A stretch of DNA of 64,000 nt from Macrostomum lignano (lineage: Eukaryota): the NCBI GenBank assembly GCA_002269645.1, contig NIVC01003902.1, positions 1 through 64,000 on the forward strand, read 5' to 3'. The translations under genes were made by a program, and so were the position numbers. This document shows, one piece after another, positions 1 through 9,405 of the stretch. Below the pieces are notes generated by a model. It saw only the letters and a list, made by a program, of their open reading frames with translations. It was not told the DNA's origin and ran no database searches. How positions within the stretch are numbered: the stretch's first letter is position 1; every line of letters begins with the position of its first letter.

Positions 1-1285
1 GGCTGAGGGAGCGGAGTAGAGGCAGATTGGAGGGCTGAAGGGAGCGGAGTAGAGGCAGATTGGAAGGCTGAAGGGAGCGGCAGAGGCAGATTGGAAGGCT
101 GAAGGGAGCGGAGTAGAGGCAGATTGGAAAGGCTGAAGGGAGCGAGTAGAGGCAGATTGGAAGGCTGAAGGGAGCGGAGTAGAGGCAGATTGGAAGCTGA
201 AGGGAGCGGAGAGTAGAGGCAGATTGGAAGGCTGAAGGAGCGGAGTAGAGGCAGATTGGAAGGCTGGAAGGGAGAGGCGGAGTAGAGGCAGATTGGAAGC
301 TGAAGGGAGCGGAGTAGAGGCAGATTGGAAGGCTGAAGGGAGCGGAGTAGAGGCAGATTGGAAGGCTGAAGGGAGCGGAGTAGAGGCAGATTGGAAGGCT
401 GAAGGGAGCGGAGTAGGGCAGATTGGAAGGCTGAAGGGAGCGGAGTAGAGGCAGATTGGAAGGCTGAGGGAGCGGAGTAGAGGCAGATTGGAAGGCTGAA
501 GGGAGCAGAGAGGCAGATTGGAAGGCTGAAGGGAGCGGAGTAGAGGCAGATTGGAAGGCTGAAGGAGCGGAGTAGAGGCAGATTGGAAGGCTGAAGGGAG
601 CGGAGCAGAGGCAGATTGGAGGGCTGAAGGGAGCGGAGTAGAGGCAGATTGGAAGGCTGAAGGGAGCGGAGTAGAGGCAGATTGGAAGGCTGAAGGGGCG
701 GAGCAGAGGCAGATTGGAAGGGCTGAAGGGAGCGGAGTAGAGGCAGATTGGAAGGCTGAAGGAGCGGAGTAGAGGCAGATTGGAAGGCTGAAGGGAGCGG
801 AGTAGAGGCAGATTGGAAAGGCTGAAGGGAGCGGAGTAGAGGCAGATTGGAAGGCTGAAGGGAGCGGAGTAGAGGCAGATTGGAAGGCTGAGGAGCGGAG
901 TAGAGGCAGATTGGAAGGCTGAAGGGAGCGGAGTAGAGGCAGATTGGAAGGCTGAAGGGAGCGGAGTAGAGGCAGATTGGAAGGCTGAAGGGAGCGGAGT
1001 AGAGGCAGATTGGAAGGCTGGAGGGAGCGGAGTAGAGGCAGATTGGAAGGCTGGAAGGGAGCGGAGTAGAGGCAGATTGGAAGGGCTGAAGGGAGCGGAG
1101 TAGAGGCAGATTGGAAGGCTGGAGGGAGCGGATTAGGCAGATTGGAAGGGCTGGAGGGAGCGGAGTAGAGGCAGATTGGAGGGCTGGAGGGAGCGGAGTA
1201 GAGGCAGATTGGAAGGCTGGAGGGAGCGGATTAGAGGCAGATTGGAGGGCTGGAGGGAGCGGATTAGAGGCAGATTGGAGGGCTA
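1..1285. repeat. 33-bp minisatellite (GGCTGAAGGGAGCGGAGTAGAGGCAGATTGGAA)n, truncated by the window start
   Basis: About 39 tandem copies with scattered 1-bp indels. ORF 1111..1338 is a by-product of the repeat. Confidence 0.97.
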
Positions 1286-1753
1286 GATTGGGCGGAGTCA
1301 GACTATTATCAAAGCGCGAGCGCACCATGCGCAATTGAATTCTAAGTGAGCCACGCCCCGTCTGAATGACCCTAGAAAGAAACGCCCCAATATAAAAATG
1401 AAGATTAAAGGTGGCTGCGCAATTGAAATTTTTTGGAATTTCATTGTTTTAACTAGAGAAGAAACGATTGATCAAAGATTTACGAATCTGCGCACGAATA
1501 GAGAATATTAATCAATCGAGAGAGGCAGGGCACTGGCAGAGCAAACGAGCTGAGTCCCTACCCAGCTTGAAATTTGAAGCAAAGTAACTCCAGTTGTTTT
1601 ATAATACAGAGTCAAGTTATTAAGATATGCGGTGACTCAGCGATATAAAAGATAAGATACAAAACATTGCACTGAAAAGTTCCCGATCCACTTCTCTCGT
1701 TGCAGAGTGTACCGTTTAGTTGAAATTACAGTGCCTCAATTCTCATTGAACTC

Positions 1754-2182
1754 TCACTCCAAGGTAGACAGCATCATCAGCTGGCGCAGCACCTTAGTCT
1801 GGCTGTGTCTCCCGGATCTCGCCAGCCAGGAACATCTCGTCAACCACAGTGTACACCTTGTAGAAATTGAACACCAAGTCCAGTTCGCACACGTTTTGAA
1901 AGTATTCGTTCAGTACCTCGACAAAATTGTGAATAGCCTCCAAGTACATCAGATTATTGTCGCCAATATCGACGCAGATGCAAAAGTACAAACCTGCATA
2001 GCGTCTATAAACGATTTTATAATTGCGAAACTCCACAAAGTTTTGTGTGCTTAGCGTCGCGTACGGTCACGGTGGTGTACCTCTTCAATTAACTTCTGCT
2101 TCTCCTCGTCGGCAAACTCCATGTACCATTTGGCTAGGCGAGTCTTGCCCGCCCGGTTCTGGATCAGGATAAATCGGATCAT
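1754..2182 (-). CDS. AP2S1: AP-2 complex subunit sigma, intronless CDS with three indels (assembly errors or pseudogene)
   Basis: Reads [36 protein letters not shown], then [10 protein letters not shown], then [25 protein letters not shown]...[29 protein letters not shown], then [19 protein letters not shown] at 2182, TGA at 1754, span 429 nt (142 aa). Indels at about 2073 (-2), 2042 (+1) and 1806 (+1). Confidence 0.95.
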
Positions 2183-2845
2183 GCCTGCTGTTCAGGGTCT
2201 GAAAAATATCAAATTAGGGAATTAAAATTGCATTAATTCCAATAGCCCGAAGCAGAACATAGACAAGAGTCTGCAAATAGAATTAGACTATAAAAGTATC
2301 TGCAGCCAACTCTGCATTTCCATTAGTTACAGAATTTTGTCTATGGTAGAAAAGTGGCTATTCTGTTGGCTCGCGCTATTCTGGTACTAACCAGGGTGCT
2401 CTAGCTACATTTTTTCAAAATGTCTATGTTAATTTACGTTAAGGCAATTACCCGTCAATACTTACCGGGATATTATTTTAGAAAACGAACGAGTCCATGA
2501 GCGTAAAATAAAAGTCTATGGTTGTAAGTGGGGGCTTCGCACCCACACCCCCATTCCTCCTTAAATCCTGATGGACAAATTGACCAATGAAGCTAGCTGG
2601 AAGTGAGAAACATATGGAAGTGAGAATTCCCACTTCCAGACAACCCCCATTGTTTGTCTTTCTGCTTCAGGTTGCTTCTTTTGTTTTTGTCTCCTCGTCT
2701 CGTTACGAGAAAAAACTTGTGACTGTTATTTCAATCAAGCCATACATCAGAGCAGTCGCTAAAAAGCCCGCAGTCCCAACTAATGCAATTTAGTTATTCT
2801 ACTAGTTCGGGATTTAGATTGGGAAGATTTCCAATTTACAGGTAT

Positions 2846-3137
2846 AGATGGGGTTGGAGCCTAGTGGTCAGAGCGTCGGACTCGCGACTTAAAGGGTCAG
2901 GGGTTCGTTTCTCGATCCGACTTGGAACGGTTTGTGTCCTTGAGCAAGACACTTAACTCTGCATTGCTTCAGTTCACCCAGCCGTAAAATGGGTGCCAGC
3001 ATTAGCTGGGGTAATTGAGGGTGTGTGGCGACCCCCTAGGAGTCCTTGGACTGAACAGCCGTACGCAGCCTTCACAGCCTTCAGATGCACCGCGCCGCAA
3101 TGGCTGCGGCTGAGCTGTCGGTTGCACATCTGGCCCA
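2846..3137 (+). mobile_element. tRNA-derived SINE with a CORE/Meta-like central domain
   Basis: A-box-like TGGAGCCTAGTGGTCAGAG and B-box-like GGTTCGTTTC, then TGTGTCCTTGAGCAAGACACTTAAC...CCCAGCCGTAAAATGGG, which resembles CORE-type SINE cores. Flanked by a 28-bp imperfect direct repeat. Confidence 0.75.
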
Positions 3138-3654
3138 ATTGGGAAGATTTCCAATCCACAGGTATGCAAAGGTCCTTGACCTATATACCTACATTTCGCT
3201 ATCTCTACCCCCATCACCCACACAGCCCACTCAATTACTCGGATTACCTACAGTAGAGCTATTTTAGGCTGACTCACTGAAAATTTCGTCAGCAAATGTG
3301 AACGAAAACGTAAAAACCGGTTTTTTTAAATAGCTTTTTAAATAGCTGATGGCATTGCTAAAAATACTTTATTATATATTAACAGTAAGCGGTACTGGGA
3401 CTATTGTTTGTTAACCTAAATGTTGTGTTGCTGCTGTTGACAAGGTTTAGGGTTACGCAAAGTTGTTGACTAATAAAGCAAAACGTTTTACTCATCAACT
3501 TGCTAGCAATGTCCGTGGGAATAGACGATTAAACTAATCTATTCTACGAGTACTATCAATATTTTCAATACTTTCAACTAACACCAAATTCAATAGTTTG
3601 GCCTACTAATAGTAACAATATACAGACAGCTCAGCCCCACAACCCAGCTCCAGA

Positions 3655-3790
3655 TTGCTAATGCTGGCACACATTTTACAGCTGGCTAAATGGAAGCAAT
3701 GCAGATTTAAGTGTCTTGCTCAAAGGACAAAAATGGTTCCGTGTGAGTTAAGAATCGAACCTCCGACCTTCCAGTAAGCCTAGCTGATAA
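3655..3790 (-). mobile_element. Second, inverted, 5'-eroded copy of the same SINE family
   Basis: Reverse complement reads GGTTCGATTCT...TTGTCCTTTGAGCAAGACACTTAAATCTGCATTGCTTCC...CAGCTGTAAAATGTGTGCCAGCATTAGC, matching 2900-3005. Confidence 0.75.
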
Positions 3791-4119
3791 TAAAAAGCCC
3801 CAAATGAAAACAGCACAAATCGATTTAACGGACACAAAAAATGCCCTAGAAATTTATTGAGTTTTATTATTCGCTGGAAACAAATTTGAAACACGATTGA
3901 CATGCAGTCCGATGGAATAAACAAATAGTTAACTAATGAGACTAATACATACTATGGTAGCCAAATAGGGATGAATTTGGGTTTGGAACACATGACGAAA
4001 TTTTTAATGTTAAGAATATTTGACAAAACTGACGCAATACTTCAATATTAACAAGCGATTCGAATACAGATTAAGGAAGTGAAGCAAGCTTCGTTTACCC
4101 TTCGGGACAGGCAGTTGAA

Positions 4120-5544
4120 TCAGGCATATTTCTTATAGAATTTGCGCACAATAGTACTTGGCCGCAGTTGGCCGCTAATGCCGTGCGATTCGGCCCAGCG
4201 TTTCAATTCGGCCGACCGCTCCGCGTTCACCTGGGCGGCTCGCTGGCGCAGGCGCTCGCGCTCCTCCTCTGGCACAGTCGGCTGCGCCTGCCCGGCAACC
4301 AGCGGCTTCTTGCCCTTCTGGCCGGACGTCCGTTCGGCAAACAGCAGGCTGTACCAGCTGACATTGGCCAGGGCCGGCATGCCGTGCCGGCGGGCGAACA
4401 GCTGCATCTTGCGGCGCTCCTTCTTGGCGGCTTCTTTTGCCGAGGCGTCGGCGCTGGACTCGACTGCTGCCGACTGGGACTTGAGGGCGGCGGCCTGACG
4501 GTGAAGGGGGGCGAGGTGACGGTGATATTTGACTAATTGGTAGGGAGATGGCAGGGTGAGATTTGACTAATTGGTAGGGAGATGGCAGGGTGAGATTTGA
4601 CTAATTGGTAGGAGATGGCAGGGTGAGATTTGACTAATTGGTAGGGAGATGGCAGGGTGAGATTTGACTAATTGGTAGGGAGATGGCAGGGTGAGATTTG
4701 ACTAATTGGTAGGAGATGGCAGGGTGAGATTTGACTAATTGGTAGGGAGATGGCAGGGTGAGATTTGACGAATTGGTAGGGAGATGACAGGGTGAGATTT
4801 GAGTAATTTGTAGGGAGATAGCAGGGTGAGATTTGACTAATTGGTAGGGAGATGGCAGGGTAAGATTTGACTAATTGGTTAGCGATGGTAGGGTGAGATT
4901 TGACTAATTGGTTAGCGATGGCAAGGTGAGATTTGACTAATTGGTTAGCGATGGCAGGGTGAGATTTGAGTAATTTTTAGGGAGATGGCAGGGTGAGATT
5001 TGACTAATTGGTTAGCGATGGTAGGGTGAGATTTGACTAATTGGTTAGCGATGGCAAGGTGAGATTTGACTAATTGGTTAGCGATGGCAGGGTGAGATTT
5101 GAGTAATTTTTAGGGAGATGGCAGGGTGAGATTTGACTAATTGGTTAGCGATGGCAGGGTGAGATTTGACTAATTGGTAGGGAGATGGCAGGGTGAGATT
5201 TGAAGACCAGAATTATATTTGAAACCCACAAAGACAGCCAAACTCACTTCCTCCTTGAGCTTGGCCAGCTCAGCCTCATCCAGCTGTTTGTACATTCGCG
5301 CCACCTCTGCCATGGCGGCCGCTGGTGTTAAGCCGGGGTTCTCTGATCGAACTTTGGCAAAGTTTGATTTGACAAACACTGCGTAATGATTTACCGGCTT
5401 AATAACCGGCTGCTCCAGAGACGACAGTGTCTTGGACAGCATGTGAGCTTGGCCGGGTTTCTCGTACAGCTGCCAGCTGATGCCAGCAACCTGCCTGGCG
5501 CAGACTCGAATGCCGTTGGCAGCGGCAAGGGCGGAGCTGAGCAT
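4120..5544 (-). CDS. Two-HMG-box protein, TFAM-like (mitochondrial transcription factor A candidate), 2 exons, 223 aa
   Basis: Exons 5544-5248 and 4494-4120 joined by a phase-0 GTGAGT..CAG intron. The N-terminus resembles a presequence (MLSSALAAANGIRVCARQ). HMG box 1 is PVIKPVNHYAVFVKSNFAKVRSENPGLTPAAAMAEVARMYKQLDEAELAKLKEE. A degenerate box 2 reads PALANVSWYSLLFAER...EEERERLRQRAAQVNAERSAELKRW. The TFAM assignment is inferred from this architecture. Confidence 0.7.
4525..5205. repeat. 34-bp intronic minisatellite (GAGATTTGACTAATTGGTAGGGAGATGGCAGGGT)n
   Basis: About 20 copies filling about 90% of the 753-bp intron of the HMG gene. A TTGGTTAGCG variant clusters in the distal half. Confidence 0.96.
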
Positions 5545-5662
5545 TAGGGCTGGAGTACGGGATAGCTTAATTTATTGCCTGTGCTAATTTAGCTATGACA
5601 TATAAGTACATTTTCCATAACCACTGAAACTTCATTCCAGGCATTTGAGGCTAAATCATCGA

Positions 5663-6072
5663 GATCTAGAGACTTTAGGGATCTGGGTTGGGATCTAAAG
5701 ACTTTAGGCATCAGGTCGGGATCTAAAGACTTTAAGGATCTGGATCAGGATCTAGAGACTTTAGGGATCTGGGTCGGGATTTAGAGACTTTAGGCATCAG
5801 GTCGGGATCTAAAGACTTTAAGGATCTGGATCAGGATCTAGAGACTTTAGGGATCTGGGTCGGGATTTAGAGACTTTAGGCATCAGGTCGGGATCTAAAG
5901 ACTTTAAGGATCTGGATCAGGATCTAGAGACTTTAGGGATCTGGGTCGGGATTTAGAGACTTAGGGATCTGGGCCAGGATCTAGAGACTTAGGGATCTGG
6001 GCCAGGATCTAACAACTTTAGGGATCTGGGCCAGGATCTAGAGACTTTAGGGACAGGCTGGGATCTAGAGAC
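5663..6072. repeat. 28-29-bp minisatellite with an 86-bp three-monomer higher-order repeat
   Basis: Monomers ATCTAGAGACTTTAGGGATCTGGGTCGGG, ATTTAGAGACTTTAGGCATCAGGTCGGG and ATCTAAAGACTTTAAGGATCTGGATCAGG recur in order. ATTTAGAGAC occurs at 5779 and 5865, a period of 86. Confidence 0.92.
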
Positions 6073-6553
6073 TGTGAAAAAATAGGCATAAGCAATAAAA
6101 TGTTAAAATAAAAGCAAAATTCATAAACAACTATGAACAGCAAAAGTTTTTGAGCACATATACATATAGTGAAATAGATGTACTAATGCCTTTTTGTACT
6201 AATGCATATAGTGAAATGAGTCATTGACTACATGCATATATTATAACAAAAAATAGACTTTTCTTAGTTACTCAATATAAGTCAAATATATATGTTTTTA
6301 AACACTAACATTCAATTATTTAAGTGCAAAAATAGGCACATAGAGCATACTTTCTATCTGCTATCATGCAAATCATTGTAGAATACCTATTAGCAAAGCA
6401 TTACCCTCACAAATTATGACAATGAATTATGATAAATATTGCTTACAAAATATAAAATTCTTTATCAGTTACAAGATTTTTAGATCTAGTAGACTTTTAG
6501 AATAGACTCTAGTTTGAAGTCTCAAATATTTTTTAAAACAAAATCTCAATATA

Positions 6554-7846
6554 TCAGCTTTTTATGTTCATACTTGAACATAAAACTTCAAATTTCAATC
6601 TAGTAGACTTGAAATTTTCAAATAAGCCTACTACTAATACTAGCTTCAAATCTTTTATATCAACCTTAAATAATAATATTATAGATTCAAATCTTAACAA
6701 ATCTGATCTAAAAGCTTTTTGTTTTAGTTGAAGCAAGGGGCTATTTGTACCTTGGTGCACCCTTAGAAAACTGTCATAGTTGGCAAGAAGCACTATTGCC
6801 CATTCTATTAACTTTTCTAATCTAAGCAAGTATATAAGATATATATAGCCAATGTGCATAAGCATATACTCATATAGGAGTATACATGTACAATAGCCCT
6901 AGGGCCTAATATTTATCATTGGGCATGTATACTTTAATGTGCCTTAAGGGTTGGTCTTCAATAATATCAAATATGACCTAAGCTACTATGAATACTACTA
7001 GCTATTACTACCAAACTGATTTGCTTTAGATGCCATTGGCATTTTAGATATTCGCCAACTAGGACTACTAGTATACTAGGTCTATATGCATAATGCAGTA
7101 TAATCTAGAGCTCTATCTCCATGGCTCTATAAAGGAAAATTCCCTAGATTGGCTAGGAATAGGCCTAGAAAATAGTATTATCCTATTAATGATAGCCCTT
7201 TAGGCTAATATGTTTATATTAAATAGAAAATTTAAATATGCATGTATAAGAATAGACCTACTACTAGGCCTACTAACTCATTAATAGGCATATTATCTGA
7301 TGGCTAAAGACAAAAGTATATAATATCCTATATATAAAGCTAAGTGGACTAGCCCCTTTAATGCGTATCTCCTCCTAGATAGCTGCTAACTCAAATGCAG
7401 GACATATAATATAATATATAATTTCTGAAATCGATAACATAGATACCTAAGATACCAAAAACCATTTTTAGTATATGGTCTATGGATTTAGTAGTATAGG
7501 TAGATTGTGGATCTATAGCAAAAATAAGATATATATATAACTAGGCCCTAAGATATAGGTCTTACATATATTATAAGAACTATATAAAAAATAGATCTTA
7601 AAAATTCAAATACTAGCAAAAATTATATTCTGCTATACAGATAGAATTTAGATTGGGGCTAGTCAGAGTGGCAGATCTGATCATGACATGGGCAAGGAGA
7701 CCATGGTCTTTCTACCTTAACTAGGGCCAAAAAATAGGCCCACCATAAATTTTTGTCAGGGCAGCCAGGCTTTCACAGTTTTTGTCTGGATGATAAACTA
7801 TTGTAGTCAACTGACAGATCGTGGCCGTGGCCGCCGCCGACGACAT
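6554..7846 (-). pseudogene. Putative 431-codon intronless ORF of unknown family, disrupted by many TAG/TAA stops
   Basis: ATG at 7846 in a CpG-rich patch (MSSAAATATICQLTT...), a polypyrimidine-TAG acceptor at 7893-7895, and in frame (981 nt) with the stop-free ORF 6554..6865. Hand translation of the first 327 codons gives 18 TAG, 8 TAA, 1 TGA and only 3 Gln codons. Confidence 0.5.
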
Positions 7847-9405
7847 AGGGTTAGTCGGCTGTTCGGCTACTAACTCCTTCATCAAAGTTTTGCTAAAATT
7901 CAGAAAAACAAAATTTTAGGAATAAAATTATAGCACTGAAATTTAGTATTTAGTTTACTTTTTTAATTTAGTTCTAGTTTTTGTTTAAATGTATCAGAGT
8001 AAGATGTGTCCTGAGCATAATTTACTGCGCAAACTCAAATAAACTTCATTTTGACAGTCGAAGCGCGCGCATTGATTAACTGTGTCTGTATTCCTATCTC
8101 GGCCAGCATTCCCCCAGCAACTAATTGTACAGGCATGATGTTCAAATGTAACTAGAAATCAGCGCCCTCCCCATTGGGAAGCAACAAAAATAGAATAAAA
8201 ATATTTAATACCTTACATGTAGCTTCTGACCTCTCAAGTCTCAGCATTAATGTCATGTCTTGAATCAAAAAATTATTATTGATAGTGATAGGTCTTTTCA
8301 GGCTTAATAATGGCTATTCATTTTCAGTATTTTGTTCAGATGAAAATCTAAATATACTAAATCTCTAATATTCTATATACTAGTTTTGCACTGTTTGTTT
8401 GTCTATCATTGATTTTCTCATAAATTACTATTTTTAATATAAATACAACCTAATATGTAATTTTCTAACCATTTTCTATACTTTTTCAATGCGACTTATA
8501 AATTAAAAATTATTGTAAATATTTTACCTGTTTATTAATGCATTCTACCTTCCTTTTTATACTAATCAGTTTGACTTAACTAGCTAACTGATGGTACTAG
8601 CATCTAGCACCAACAATCACAATATATTTTTTCAGCTTACTAAACTAAAGTTACAATATAGCCATGGATATAAAATACCCTGTCTTAATTTATACTGTAT
8701 TTTTATTTGATATTATTTTTATAAAAGAAAAACATTACACAATTTCTCTTTGTATCACTTTGCTTTATCTAATGATATTGTAGTGAATCGGCATTTTGTT
8801 TTAGATAACATCTAAGTATAGATCAGCCTAGCCTAGTATAGTAGTGATGTAATATAATAGAACCTGATATACTATAGGATAGGCACCTCTTTATAAAGGT
8901 TAAATGCTAAAACAGACTAAAAAAGGCCTGTCTACATAACTATTTTGACAATTGCATTAGTCAAGTCCTTATCTTAATTTTAATCAATCATATAGGCCTA
9001 AAGTAGGCCTATGATAAGTAAATATAAGTTATTATACAAGTGTTATTTAAGAAGATTAGAGGGCCTATTGGTTTTTAAACAGAATAGTATAATAAAGTAT
9101 GACAACTTTGATTAGATAAAAACTATTATTATATAACATAAAATTAATGAAAGCAAAAAAATGTTTTTGTTAAATTTAGTAGCAATCCATTTTTTCCTTG
9201 TTTTTTTAATTGATTTGTATATAATAAATACTTAGATCTAAATAAATATAAAATTTATATGCATTTCAGCTTTGAATCTTCTTACTATGCTTAAATCAGA
9301 TCAGCTGCTAAAAGCTTCAAATTTAAACAGAAAACGAAAAATAGTTATTATATTATCTTATAGTTCCAATTAAGAATAAGTAAAAATTCTTTGTTTAATT
9401 AAAAG

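Noticed and set aside
2258-2345. 88-bp segment bounded by CATAGACAA / TTGTCTATG
   Set aside because: The IR is only 9 bp and there is no convincing TSD.
7770-7800. YHPDKN resembling the J-domain HPD motif in the decayed ORF
   Set aside because: The flanking helices do not fit a J-domain, so it is probably chance.
6554-7846. Host-wide reassignment of TAA/TAG to Gln
   Set aside because: Other genes in the window terminate at TAA (tetraspanin 1) and TAG (tetraspanin 2) at the expected positions and have no internal TAR codons, apart from the single SLC23-B site.
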